Shown here: piece by piece, positions 24,859 to 34,492 of the stretch
Layout: each line of letters begins with the position of its first letter
How positions within the stretch are numbered: position 1 is the first letter of the stretch
The notes under the pieces: model-generated
Seen by the model: only the letters and a program-made list of their open reading frames with translations
Told to the model about the DNA's origin: nothing
Database searches by the model: none
Translations under genes and position numbers: made by a program
From: a virus
DNA length: 64,000 bases
Virus record (IMG/VR): IMGVR_UViG_3300045988_138690
Location: 1-64,000 of that record
Strand: one strand, 5' to 3'

Positions 24859-25134
24859 TTGTTTTGGGGGCTTTGGACTATACCTATGTGGGGGTATTAT
24901 GACACTTACACAGCCGCCCAAATTGAACTCATGGCATGTGATTGTCCTGTGACAGTATACGGGAAAGGCAGTTCCGGAAGCAAAGGAAATAAAAATAATA
25001 AAGGAGAAAATTTCAAAAGGGTGGACGCATTGGACGTGATGGAACGTGCGGAACGATGGGAACGTAAGTACGGGAAAGACGGTGCGGGCATAACCTTGGA
25101 TTTAAGAGGTTTTAAGTTGGGTAACAAAATATAG
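24859..25134 (+). CDS. tail assembly chaperone extension (T-like), probably made as a -1 frameshift fusion
   Basis: Lies in the -1 frame relative to 24365..24856. That frame is open from 24688. The ORF has no ATG at its start (TTG at 24859). Confidence 0.5.
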   Translation: MFWGLWTIPMWGYYDTYTAAQIELMACDCPVTVYGKGSSGSKGNKNNKGENFKRVDALDVMERAERWERKYGKDGAGITLDLRGFKLGNKI

Positions 25135-25145
25135 GAGGTATTTGT

Positions 25146-28100
25146 ATGGCAGATTTAGGCTCATTGTTTTACTCGTTGTATCTGAAAGATCATACGGACG
25201 AAGACCTGGACAAAATAAAGAAGAAATTAGAAAATATTCGTATAGAACTTGGTTATGATTTTAACGAAAATACCGTTGATGCTTTTTTAAAGAAACTTAG
25301 GGACACAGGCAAGGCTATATCAGACAACAAGGCTGCGCAATTATCTTCTGATAACGTGGCGAAAGCCGCGCAGGACACCCGCCTTAAACAGATGGAACGC
25401 GAAGCTAGGATATTGGGAGATATTCAGGCTAAGAAGTCAAAAGCCATGCAGCCTATCGATAGCGCCCTAAACTATGCAAGGACACGGGAAGCCATATCAT
25501 TACCATACGAAAGTATTTCCTATAAGAATGCCCAGAACCGACTCGCGTCATATATAAAGTCTCTTTCGCGGGAAGCGGATGCCCAGGAACGCATGAGAAA
25601 AGCCGCAGAGAAAAGTATTGCCACCCGTGAACGGGAAGCAAAGGCTGCACAAAGACAAACCAATGCAAACAACCATCTTAACACATCCATCGGACAGCAA
25701 AGCAGGCTTTTGACAGGACTTAGAGACCAGTTACTCAATGTATACTCCATATATTCGCTGGAACGGTTTGCCACTTCCCTGGTTGAAATAGGCGGGGAAT
25801 TCCAGAAGCAGCGTATAGCGTTGCAAGCCATGCTTGGTGACGCAGCAAAGGCAGATGCCATGTACTCGCAGATCAAGGGTCTTGCCATTGAGAGTCCTTT
25901 TAATTTTAAGGAATTAATGGGTTATACAAAGCAGCTTTCCGCATTTTCAATACCCTATAACGAATTGTACGACACAACCAAACGTCTTGCTGATATTTCA
26001 AGCGGGCTTGGCGTGGATATGGGACGCATCATACTTGCTTATGGACAGGTGCGTAGCGCGGCTTTCCTCCGTGGGCAGGAAGTGAGGCAGTTTACGGAAG
26101 CTGGCATTCCGTTGCTTGATGAGTTGGCAAAAAAATTCTCTCAACTTGAAAACCGTGTCGTAAGCGTTGGAGAGGTGTTTGATAAGATAAGCAGGCGGGA
26201 AGTCCCATTCCAGATGGTGAAGGATGTTCTTTGGGACTTAACCAACGAGGGCGGGAAATTCTATAACATGCAGGAGGTTCTTACCGAAAGTCTGTCGGGT
26301 AAGCTGGCTAAGTTGAAAGACAGTTATGAGATTATGCTTTCGGAGATAGCACAAGCGAATAATGGTCTATTAGGAGGAACGCTTGACATGCTCTCTTCCG
26401 TTACGGATCATTGGAGAGAATTACTTCCTGTATTGTCTGGAATTATAGCTTCTTATGGGGCTTACAAAGCTGTCCTTATATCAGTAAACGCTATTCAGAA
26501 GGCTAATTTGGCGATAAACAAGATATCAGCTATAGTTGAGGTTGCAAGGGCTATTCAAGGACTTACAAGAGTGACTAAAGCACAGGCTGTTGCACAATAC
26601 GCCTTGAATGCAGCAATGGCAGCAAACCCTTACTATTTAGTTGCCGCTGCAATAGGGGTGTTGATAGGTAGTATGGTATATTTAGCAAACGCAGAGACAT
26701 CTGCGGAAAAAGCTACAAAGCATCATCGCGAAGAACAGGAAAAATTTCAGAGTACTCTTGATGAAAGGAAATCCGAAATAGATGAACTTGTACGCACTAT
26801 TCAAGATGAGACAGAAACTGAATACAGACAAATATCAGCTTATGAAAAATTGAAAACACTTTCTCCTGCTTTGACGGACGCTTATTCACGGGAACAGTTG
26901 GCTGTATTAGAATTGTCAAAAGCACAAAAAGTGCTTAATGAAGAACGGGATAAACTTAATTACGACAATATAATTAAGAATATAAATAAATACACATCCG
27001 CTATAAATGGACTCAAAAGAAAATTGGGAGATAAGTCTTACAATCAGACTATCATATCAGAGGATATTAGTAACGCTCAAGATAACCTAGATAAATGGAA
27101 ACAGGATCTTAGCGATTACAATCGTCTAAAAAAAGAAGCGGAAGATAGCGTGAAACCAGTAGAAGTTAGATTATTCGAAGCAAAAGCGAGCAAGGATAAG
27201 ATACAACAAGAATTTCTTGCTGCAAAAATGGCTTTTGAATTAGAACAGGAAAAATTTAAAAAAGGAGAAATTCTTCAAATACCTATTGATGTAGAACTTA
27301 GGTTTATAAATGCGCAAAATGCATTGAAAGATATAATAAATAAAATTTCCAGTTTGCCATCTGATGTAAACGAAGTTATTAGAAATAAGTCATATTGGGA
27401 AAGCATAAAAAAAGATGCCGAAGAAGCAAGAGACGATCTCGACGTATCCTTAGTGGGAGGTGAAAGGTGGAACAAACTTACAGAAACTATTAAAAATGCA
27501 CAAAAAGAACTAGATAAATTTTCTGATAAAGAAAAAGCCAAAGACCATATAGCTGAATTTTGGAAAAAACGTATTGACTTAATAGACAAGGCTCTTTCCT
27601 CTTATAAGGAATGGAGTGCATTAGAAGGAAAAGATGCTGCTTCAAACAGGGTAAAGGAAAATGTTGGGTTTAAAGAACTTTTCAATAAAAACAATGGGTT
27701 TTCACTTGACTTGGATAATCCGGAAGAAGCATGGAAGTTCGTACTTGGGAAACTAGGTAAGATAGAAAAACAGAAAGAATTGAGCCTATCCATAGAGATG
27801 AAACTTGACAAGAGCGCACAAGGTAAGATAAAGGAGGAACTTGATAAGTCTCTTAAAGAAATTCAATTATATGTTGATGATACCACAAAGAAGTGGGACT
27901 TGTTCAAATCCATACGAGAGAAAACGGGCAACAAAAAGTTTGCAATGCAGCTTGCTTTCGGTGAACTGAATGTTGGTGAAACGGATATGCTGAAAGGTTT
28001 CCGTGAGGAAATAGAAAAAGGCATAGAAGGGAAAGGAATATCCTTTGAGGATGTGTTGAAAATGGATGAAGCATCAATGAAGGATGCAGGCATTTCGTCC

Positions 28101-30158
28101 ATAGAGCCATACGTGAAAGCCTACAATGACGGTATGATGCAGCTAAGAAAAGATACAGCCGATAACTTGGCTGAACTTGTAAGCAAATACCGTGACTATG
28201 CTACACAGGTGACGGAGATTGAGAACAAGCTGAATGATGATTTGGCTGACATAGAGAGCAACCGCCATAAACTTGAATCTGGTGGTGTGGATGTTGACAA
28301 AATGATTGCCGAACGCAGGAAGCAGGCTAATGAAGAGAAAGGAAGCGTAGCTTTTGAACAGTTTAAAGAATCTTCCGACTGGGTACGAATATTCGATGAT
28401 TTGGATAGGGTTTCAAATGCCACACTGGATTCAATGATTGATAAGGTGAAAGAGTTTGCTTCCTCCCAGAAACTTTCCGTGGAAGAGACGAAGGAACTTG
28501 TAGAAGCCTTACGTAAACTAAGAGGAGAGCAAACGGAACGTAACCCTTTCAAGGTTGTGGCAGGCGCTTTGAAAAATATCAAAGATGCAAAAAATGCAGT
28601 TAAGAATGCAACTACCAAAAGCGAAAAAGATAAAGCAGATAATGACTTATCGGGTGCTTATGGAGACTTAAACAATGGGATTACTGCCGTTATCGGTAAG
28701 TTTGACGCCCTATCTTCTGCCGCTGATATGCTTGGTGGCATGTTTGAAGCACTTGGCGCAGGTGATGGCCTTTCTTCTGCCGCAGGATTGATTGGTGGAG
28801 GTCTGCAAGGTGCATCGCAAGGAATGGGCATAGCTACATCTCTGTTTGGTGCAGCGGCTGGTCCATGGGGAGCTGCGGCCGGAGCAGCGGTAAGCCTCAT
28901 TACAGGAATTGCGCAGATGCACGACAAGAGGCTTGAAAAGAGTATCAATGAAAGCAAAAATCGTGTTGAGGAATTAAAGGCTGCATACGATAATCTGAAT
29001 GCTTCTGTGGAAAGATTTGGAGATACGGGAACAAGAGCAGTAGAACAGCAACTTGCCCTGTATGGACAGTTGAATGAACAGGTACAGAGGAGTGGAAGTT
29101 CTCTAAGCACAAGTTATTCTATCGTATATGAAGTTCTGAAAAATAGCGATAAATATGCAGAGCATTTGAAGGAACAGATAAAAGCCGGAGAACTTGCAGC
29201 TAGAGGATTATCCAAGTTTTTTGGAACAAATATTAAGATTTTCTCTGTAGAAGCTGATAAAGAAGCCTTGAAAGCACTTGAAGATGTAGGTGTAGGTGGA
29301 ACAGAAGCATTGAAAACCTATCAAGCTCAATACGTTTCACTCGTGGCTCAACGAAGGGAACTTGAGGGACAGCTTCGTGACGAAGAAGGTAAAAAGGATT
29401 CGGATAGTGGAAAAATTTCTGATTATCAACAGCAGATAAATGAATTGAATGAGCAGATACGTTACTTTATTGAGGATTTAGCCAAGGAATTGTATGCAAT
29501 AGATTTTGACGGTTGGGCAGGTCAGATAAGCGATGCGCTCATAAATGCGTTTGCAAACGGGGAAGATGCTGCATTGGCTTTCGATGATGTAGTGAACAAC
29601 ATAATGAAGGATGTAGCTAATTCTATTCTGAAAAATTTGGTTATTTCGCCAATGATGGAGAAATTACAGCGGAAGTTATTCGGTGACGAAAACGGGAATG
29701 GTGGAGTTTTCAAATCTTTTGAAGATTTGAATAACAATACAAATATTGCTGCTTCCGCTATCAAAGATTTCTTTGATACGGAGGGTAATGCCATGCTGGA
29801 TGCTTCACAAAAATTCCTTGAAGCTTTTGATAAGGCTACTGGAGGCGCATTGGCGGCTACCGGAGAAAGCGACACTTCCGGTCTGTCAAAAGGAATACAG
29901 GGTGTTACGGAAGATACGGCAAATTTACTCGCTTCTTATCTGAATGCCACGAGACAAGACGTAAGCGTGAAGAGGATTTTGCAGGAAAAATTTTTTAATG
30001 AAGAGTTCCCAAAAATGAGTCTTATAGCACAGGCGCAGTTACAACAGCTGAATGCGATAGCAAGAAATACGGAAAGAAATGCACAGTTTACAGAAGAAAT
30101 ACTGGATTTATTTAATATGGTTGTAGATAAAGGTGGAAGAAATGTGAGGATGCACTAA
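25146..30158 (+). CDS. tape measure protein
   Basis: 1670 aa. Conserved tape-measure core IALQAMLGDAAKADAMYSQIKGLAIESPFNFKELMGYTKQLSAFSIP...AYGQVRSAAFLRGQEVRQFTEAGIPLL. Internal TM-like and Gly/Ala-rich segments and long coiled coils. Confidence 0.9.
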   Translation: MADLGSLFYSLYLKDHTDEDLDKIKKKLENIRIELGYDFNENTVDAFLKKLRDTGKAISDNKAAQLSSDNVAKAAQDTRLKQMEREARILGDIQAKKSKAMQPIDSALNYARTREAISLPYESISYKNAQNRLASYIKSLSREADAQERMRKAAEKSIATREREAKAAQRQTNANNHLNTSIGQQSRLLTGLRDQLLNVYSIYSLERFATSLVEIGGEFQKQRIALQAMLGDAAKADAMYSQIKGLAIESPFNFKELMGYTKQLSAFSIPYNELYDTTKRLADISSGLGVDMGRIILAYGQVRSAAFLRGQEVRQFTEAGIPLLDELAKKFSQLENRVVSVGEVFDKISRREVPFQMVKDVLWDLTNEGGKFYNMQEVLTESLSGKLAKLKDSYEIMLSEIAQANNGLLGGTLDMLSSVTDHWRELLPVLSGIIASYGAYKAVLISVNAIQKANLAINKISAIVEVARAIQGLTRVTKAQAVAQYALNAAMAANPYYLVAAAIGVLIGSMVYLANAETSAEKATKHHREEQEKFQSTLDERKSEIDELVRTIQDETETEYRQISAYEKLKTLSPALTDAYSREQLAVLELSKAQKVLNEERDKLNYDNIIKNINKYTSAINGLKRKLGDKSYNQTIISEDISNAQDNLDKWKQDLSDYNRLKKEAEDSVKPVEVRLFEAKASKDKIQQEFLAAKMAFELEQEKFKKGEILQIPIDVELRFINAQNALKDIINKISSLPSDVNEVIRNKSYWESIKKDAEEARDDLDVSLVGGERWNKLTETIKNAQKELDKFSDKEKAKDHIAEFWKKRIDLIDKALSSYKEWSALEGKDAASNRVKENVGFKELFNKNNGFSLDLDNPEEAWKFVLGKLGKIEKQKELSLSIEMKLDKSAQGKIKEELDKSLKEIQLYVDDTTKKWDLFKSIREKTGNKKFAMQLAFGELNVGETDMLKGFREEIEKGIEGKGISFEDVLKMDEASMKDAGISSIEPYVKAYNDGMMQLRKDTADNLAELVSKYRDYATQVTEIENKLNDDLADIESNRHKLESGGVDVDKMIAERRKQANEEKGSVAFEQFKESSDWVRIFDDLDRVSNATLDSMIDKVKEFASSQKLSVEETKELVEALRKLRGEQTERNPFKVVAGALKNIKDAKNAVKNATTKSEKDKADNDLSGAYGDLNNGITAVIGKFDALSSAADMLGGMFEALGAGDGLSSAAGLIGGGLQGASQGMGIATSLFGAAAGPWGAAAGAAVSLITGIAQMHDKRLEKSINESKNRVEELKAAYDNLNASVERFGDTGTRAVEQQLALYGQLNEQVQRSGSSLSTSYSIVYEVLKNSDKYAEHLKEQIKAGELAARGLSKFFGTNIKIFSVEADKEALKALEDVGVGGTEALKTYQAQYVSLVAQRRELEGQLRDEEGKKDSDSGKISDYQQQINELNEQIRYFIEDLAKELYAIDFDGWAGQISDALINAFANGEDAALAFDDVVNNIMKDVANSILKNLVISPMMEKLQRKLFGDENGNGGVFKSFEDLNNNTNIAASAIKDFFDTEGNAMLDASQKFLEAFDKATGGALAATGESDTSGLSKGIQGVTEDTANLLASYLNATRQDVSVKRILQEKFFNEEFPKMSLIAQAQLQQLNAIARNTERNAQFTEEILDLFNMVVDKGGRNVRMH

Positions 30159-30160
30159 AA

Positions 30161-30184
30161 AAGGGATGGCTATTCCCATCCCTT
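30161..30184 (+). terminator. hairpin after the tape measure gene
   Basis: AAGGGATGG 30161-30169 pairs with CCATCCCTT 30176-30184. There is no clean T-run. Confidence 0.45.
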
Positions 30185-30190
30185 CATTGA

Positions 30191-30436
30191 TTATTTTATC
30201 ATTTGCATTTTGATAAGTAAAGACATCTTATTCGGGAAACTTTCCCCACTGTCCTCATTCCATTTTTTGGCAGCTTCAAGTTGTTCTTCTATACCTATTG
30301 TAGTATATTCTACAGCTTTGTAAAGATGACCTTTAAACTCAAATTTTTGATTAGGGAATGAATAGAGGGGATAATCTGATAAAAGAGCATCATGTTCTAC
30401 TTTTTCTCCTTAAAAGTCTAAAATAATTTTTTCCAT
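30191..30436 (-). pseudogene. 81-codon frame with an in-frame TAA at codon 9
   Basis: My translation reads MEKIILDF, then a stop, then GEKVEHDALLSDYPLYSFPNQKFEFKGHLYKAVEYTTIGIEEQLEAAKKWNEDSGESFPNKMSLLIKMQMIK. No alternative start follows the stop. Confidence 0.3.
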
Positions 30437-30485
30437 ATTATTAAAATTAAATGTTTATGCAAAGTTATAATTTAAAAACGATATT

Positions 30486-30995
30486 ATGAACGAACTTAAC
30501 AAGAAACTTAGAGACCGGGCTATAGAGCTTGGTCTATGCAAACAATGGAAGGGTGAATGGGACAAAGATCGTACCCAGGACGAACTAATTAAGATGTGGA
30601 AGAAAGGCAGTGACTTTTGCTTTGAGAAGCACGATTTCCCCAATAAGGAGTTTATAAAGGCTTACTTTGATAGGAAAGTATTGAACGACAATCTTGTTTT
30701 CGTGGATGAAATAGTCAATATCACCAATGGAGAAAGCGGTACATGGGTGATAAACGGTAACTGTACTGGTAATATCTCTTTTGGAGGATTTGCGGCTGCA
30801 AGATTGTATGTAAGGCATGATTGCGATGTCTCTATTGATGTATCGGGAATGTCTAAGGTGTTTGTATCGGTATATAACAATGCCAAAGTAAACGTAAAGC
30901 AAAGTGGTAGCTCAAAGGTATATGTGTACAAGAAAAGCCCCTCCTGCGAGGTGGATTTGGACGGAGATGTAATGGCGAGAGAGGGAAGTATTTAA
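30486..30995 (+). CDS. hypothetical protein with a helical Cys/Trp N-domain and beta-repeat C-domain; same architecture as 1..360
   Basis: LGLCKQWKGEW...DELIKMW is followed by repeated xSxVxVxxxG strands (VSIDVSGMSKVFVSVYNNAKVNVKQSGSSKVYVY). Confidence 0.6.
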   Translation: MNELNKKLRDRAIELGLCKQWKGEWDKDRTQDELIKMWKKGSDFCFEKHDFPNKEFIKAYFDRKVLNDNLVFVDEIVNITNGESGTWVINGNCTGNISFGGFAAARLYVRHDCDVSIDVSGMSKVFVSVYNNAKVNVKQSGSSKVYVYKKSPSCEVDLDGDVMAREGSI

Positions 30996-31094
30996 TTGTA
31001 ATAGTCAAGACTTGTTCTGACAGTTTTTTTGTCCGATAGTAAAACAAATGTCAGAACAAGTCTTGACTAATTCACATTAACTATCAATATCAAA

Positions 31095-32018
31095 CTATCT
31101 ATTCAATCGTTTTATAAATGATATATCAGACAGCAGCGTTTTCTTTTCGTTGTCTGATAATATTTCATTATCTGATACAATTAATTCTTCCAGGTATTCA
31201 GTAAATCCAGTAACATCCTTATTTATTTTCTCTTTGTACAATTCAATTGTTTTTGGAAGCCCCATTCTGCCTTCACCGTAGGTATCAGATAGAAGTTTTA
31301 ATATATCACTATTTACTTCTGAATAGTCATTACCCTCATGTAATATTTGTATTTTAGAAGTGTTATCAACTTCTTTAGCTTGTCTTTCTATTATGATAGA
31401 CAATACAGAACTTACTTTCTTTATAAATTCTTTAGATTCTGCATATCTTGCTTTTATTTGAATAGAGGGCATTGATAAATTGTTTATTGTTATAACCATT
31501 GAATAAACAACTACTTCTTGTATTTTTGTATTAGAAGTTGTGCCTATTTCTCTTTTGCCTGTAGTTCCTCCGATAACAGCACCTGTACCTCCTAAAAGCA
31601 CTCCTCCTACGGTCGCTCTACCTATCATACTTGAAGTTTTAGCTTTTGATGTTCCACTTGTGGAAGTGATGGATGAACTAATTCTCCCATCTTCGTATAT
31701 ATCTACTTTTATGATGTCAGAAAAATTAAACATCCATGTTTCTTCCCCATATTTAAGATATACTACCTTAGACGATTCGTAAACTTCTATATTTGAATAC
31801 GGACATTTGGATTGGTATCCAAAAGATATTTCGCCATACTTTCTTATCCTTTCTTCTTTTTCTAATTCTTCTTTTTCTTTTCTATTTTTATTTTCAATTT
31901 CTCTTTTTTTCTGTAGTTCTTGTATCTTTCTTATTTCATTGGCTTCTTTATTGTCCCCTATTGTTTTCAATACTCCAAATACTATACCAATTATTATACC
32001 TAAAATAATATAAGTCAT
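31095..32018 (-). CDS. membrane-anchored protein with a K/E coiled coil and a glycine-zipper segment
   Basis: N-terminal TM segment YIILGIIIGIVFGVL. A KE-rich helix. GRATVGGVLLGGTGAVIGGTTG. AT-rich. A minus-strand -7 box lies 24 nt upstream. Confidence 0.6.
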   Translation of the reverse strand: MTYIILGIIIGIVFGVLKTIGDNKEANEIRKIQELQKKREIENKNRKEKEELEKEERIRKYGEISFGYQSKCPYSNIEVYESSKVVYLKYGEETWMFNFSDIIKVDIYEDGRISSSITSTSGTSKAKTSSMIGRATVGGVLLGGTGAVIGGTTGKREIGTTSNTKIQEVVVYSMVITINNLSMPSIQIKARYAESKEFIKKVSSVLSIIIERQAKEVDNTSKIQILHEGNDYSEVNSDILKLLSDTYGEGRMGLPKTIELYKEKINKDVTGFTEYLEELIVSDNEILSDNEKKTLLSDISFIKRLNR

Positions 32019-32041
32019 TTTATTGTTTTTTAATTTATATG

Positions 32042-32049
32042 CAAATATA
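32042..32049 (-). promoter_or_regulatory. -7 box (TATATTTG on the minus strand) for 31095..32018
   Basis: CAAATATA on the + strand. Confidence 0.5.
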
Positions 32050-32084
32050 GGCCATAATCAGCATTTGTTGTTATAATATACATC

Positions 32085-32101
32085 ATGTTATTAAACATGT
32101 T
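32085..32101. promoter_or_regulatory. operator type B copy 3 (ATGTTATTAAACATGTT)
   Basis: 16 of 17 nt identical to 2281-2297 and to 4765-4781. Lies between divergent promoters. Confidence 0.55.
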
Positions 32102-32122
32102 TGCTTTTTCAAAGAGAATGCA

Positions 32123-32130
32123 TATCTTTG
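32123..32130 (+). promoter_or_regulatory. -7 box TATCTTTG
   Basis: Exact TAnnTTTG. The predicted start falls at about 32136-32138. Confidence 0.5.
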
Positions 32131-32135
32131 CAATG

Positions 32136-32288
32136 ACTGATACAACATAATAATTCTTGGGCAAAATAAAGCGAATACATTTTGTACAAGATATTGGGAA
32201 ACCCTCTAAGGTGGCAGAAAGGAAACAATCTGCGACATCTATGCCCTGTGTATGTTGTGTCAGTCACACCTACGGAGGGTTTCTTTTT
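32136..32288 (+). ncRNA. about 150-nt structured RNA or terminated leader
   Basis: 5' segment TGACTGATACAACAT 32134-32148 pairs with ATGTTGTGTCAGTCA 32252-32266. Terminator stem GAAACCCTC 32198-32206 / GAGGGTTTC 32275-32283 is extended by AGGTG/CACCT and followed by T5 at 32284-32288. Confidence 0.4.
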
Positions 32289-32305
32289 ATCATAATTCGT
32301 TTAAT

Positions 32306-32497
32306 ATGACTGACACAACGAATTTAACTTTACCTACCTCCTACCAAAAGGCGGTAATCGGCATCCTTCTGAAAGAGAAGAAGATGCTCCGACGTATCAA
32401 ACGCAGAAAAGGGCTTGTACCTTTCTGTGCAGTGCTAACCCTCTACCTTTTCCATTTGTTCCTATATCCGTTTGTCAAACTTGCAAGGTGGATTTGA
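32306..32497 (+). CDS. 63-aa protein with a basic centre and C-terminal TM segment
   Basis: MTDTTNLTLPTSYQKAVIGILLKEKKMLRRIKRRKGLVPFCAVLTLYLFHLFLYPFVKLARWI. Its first 13 nt are the perfect complement of 32254-32266. Confidence 0.35.
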   Translation: MTDTTNLTLPTSYQKAVIGILLKEKKMLRRIKRRKGLVPFCAVLTLYLFHLFLYPFVKLARWI

Positions 32498-32843
32498 TAA
32501 TTGTTGATTTACTTGCTTAGTTAGTATATAAAATTCTGTGATAATGCGGTATATATTTTGTATATCGTATGAGTAATTGTATGTAAATTTACTTATTTGA
32601 TTGCTTGATTAATTGATTTATTTATCAGATAATCAATAAGTTAAATATAAAATATCCTATTGCGTAATTGATTTTTGTTACTAACTTAGCAGGCAGAAAC
32701 AACGTTGTTAGTCGTTCTTCGTGGTTGTCGAACGACTGGAATAAAGATATTATTGGGCATTTCCCTTTGGAGCAGACAACCACATTAGGCTTCATCGGGA
32801 TTTGCCCTTTACTTTTTAATATAGGAATAAAACGAATCAAGAT

Positions 32844-33593
32844 ATGAACGAATTAGTTTTCAAAGGTCAGAACGAACAAGTTTTGACTAACAGCCTATTG
32901 GTTGCTGAAAAGTTCTGCAAAGAACATGGTGATGTATTAAAAGCCATTGATGCTTTAGTTGATAAATTGTCTGAAAATCAATGTGAAGGATATTTTGCGG
33001 AAACATCAATTGATGTTCCTCAACCTAATGGTGGAGTAAGAAATTCACGTGTTGTAGTCATGAATCGTGATGGGTTTACTTTACTTGTTATGGGGTTCAC
33101 TGGTAAGAAAGCCCTAAAATTCAAATTGGAATATATCGCAGCCTTCAACGCCATGGAGAAAGCATTGAAAGAACAACAAAACAAAAAACTTTCTGGCGCA
33201 GAATTTCTTCTTGAGCAAGCAAAGTTAATGGTTGAGCAAGAACGCAGACTTTCAAATGTAGAGAATGAGATTGAGGCAATAAAGAAAGAACGAGAAGAAA
33301 ACGGGAAATTCCTATTGTCAGTGTCTATGTCTTCGGAAGAATTACCGCAGCTGTCTATGCGCGACAACATCCGTCAACTAGTAAACAAATACGCATCCGC
33401 CATGAATATAAGGCAGCAAGACGTATGGCACAAGATTTATGACCAGCTGTATTACCTATATCATATCTCCATACGGAACTACAAGAAAGCAAGACGAGAC
33501 GAATCCAAACTTGAAATAGCGGAGAGAAATCATTTCCTTGATAAGATATACAATATCATATCGAATTTGGTTCGTGAGATGAATATCTCCTAA
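32844..33593 (+). CDS. Rha-family phage regulatory protein
   Basis: LVFKGQNEQVLTNSLLVAEKFCKEHGDVLKAIDALV...VVVMNRDGFTLLVMGFTGKKALKFKLEYIAAFNAME matches the Rha N-terminal domain pattern. Confidence 0.7.
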   Translation: MNELVFKGQNEQVLTNSLLVAEKFCKEHGDVLKAIDALVDKLSENQCEGYFAETSIDVPQPNGGVRNSRVVVMNRDGFTLLVMGFTGKKALKFKLEYIAAFNAMEKALKEQQNKKLSGAEFLLEQAKLMVEQERRLSNVENEIEAIKKEREENGKFLLSVSMSSEELPQLSMRDNIRQLVNKYASAMNIRQQDVWHKIYDQLYYLYHISIRNYKKARRDESKLEIAERNHFLDKIYNIISNLVREMNIS

Positions 33594-33690
33594 TAGTTAT
33601 CATAAATATAATCACTTTTTTAAGGTTGCACACGCCATGCAGCCTTGAAAATCTATGTACCACTTTACTTATATTAAAAAAATTAACATT

Positions 33691-33867
33691 ATGGAAAACA
33701 AAATAGAAATACTTATAAAACAGAACAGGATGCTTATGCAGCAATTGCTACGCATATCAGAAGACTTGGAACTTGCGCAAGAAAAGATAGCCAAGCTGGA
33801 AAAATCCGAATGTACAGGAAGCCTTAAAACGAAAAACCCCCACATGAAGATATTGAACCGTATATGA
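33691..33867 (+). CDS. small coiled-coil protein, paralog of 4495..4689
   Basis: See the alignment under 4495..4689. ATG at 33691. Confidence 0.5.
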   Translation: MENKIEILIKQNRMLMQQLLRISEDLELAQEKIAKLEKSECTGSLKTKNPHMKILNRI

Positions 33868-33955
33868 TAAAAAAACAAAGGGTGCAGTAGTTTTTATACT
33901 CACTGCGCCTTTTTTGTAGTACAATAAAACATTTGATTGTATCACGTTATAGCCC

Positions 33956-34378
33956 TTATTCCAGTTCTTTCCCGGTCAAATCAAAATATATGTTTTGAAG
34001 CTGATGCAGATATTCAATGGGGATATTGGATAAAGGATATTCGGCACTGTTTATAGACACGAATAGTTTAGCGTCATTCACTCCATCATTATATAGGTAT
34101 CGTCCGTATGACAATTCGATATCGTTGCAGAACCCGTTATATTCCTTTGTAAATCCGCTTTTCAGGAGTAATTCCTCTGTCAATGGGATGGGTTCTACCA
34201 TGGAAACCGGAACTTCACTATAGCAAACCCCGTCGCCTACCTTACATTCCAGATACAAGTAATTGCGTTTTATGGCTTCCACTTTGCATACAGTGCCAGC
34301 AGGAACTTGGGTTATTACAAAAGTGTAATCATCTGATAATCTCACATAGTTCCCTAATTTTAAATTTTCTGTTTTCAT
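33956..34378 (-). CDS. hypothetical protein (start at MKTENLKLGNY)
   Basis: The track ORF is trimmed to the ATG at 34378. Its N-terminus resembles that of 53788..54006 (MKITSLRIGDWV). Confidence 0.55.
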   Translation of the reverse strand: MKTENLKLGNYVRLSDDYTFVITQVPAGTVCKVEAIKRNYLYLECKVGDGVCYSEVPVSMVEPIPLTEELLLKSGFTKEYNGFCNDIELSYGRYLYNDGVNDAKLFVSINSAEYPLSNIPIEYLHQLQNIYFDLTGKELE

Positions 34379-34492
34379 GACAAGTTGATAATAATTTGTG
34401 TAAATATAATAATAAATGGGATGTGTCAATGCATATAAAGATGTTTTTGTGTATATTTTCTATGTTTTTGTAGATTATATAATAAATATTTG

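Noticed and set aside
25453-29875. Numerous antisense or out-of-frame ORFs inside the tape measure gene (for example 28196..28618, 28658..29110, 29522..29875)
   Set aside because: They are fully embedded in a 1670-aa gene with a clear tape-measure signature. They are low-complexity mirror products of Ala/Gly/Ser/Glu-rich coding sequence. The same reasoning was applied to embedded ORFs in the portal, terL, capsid and fibre genes.
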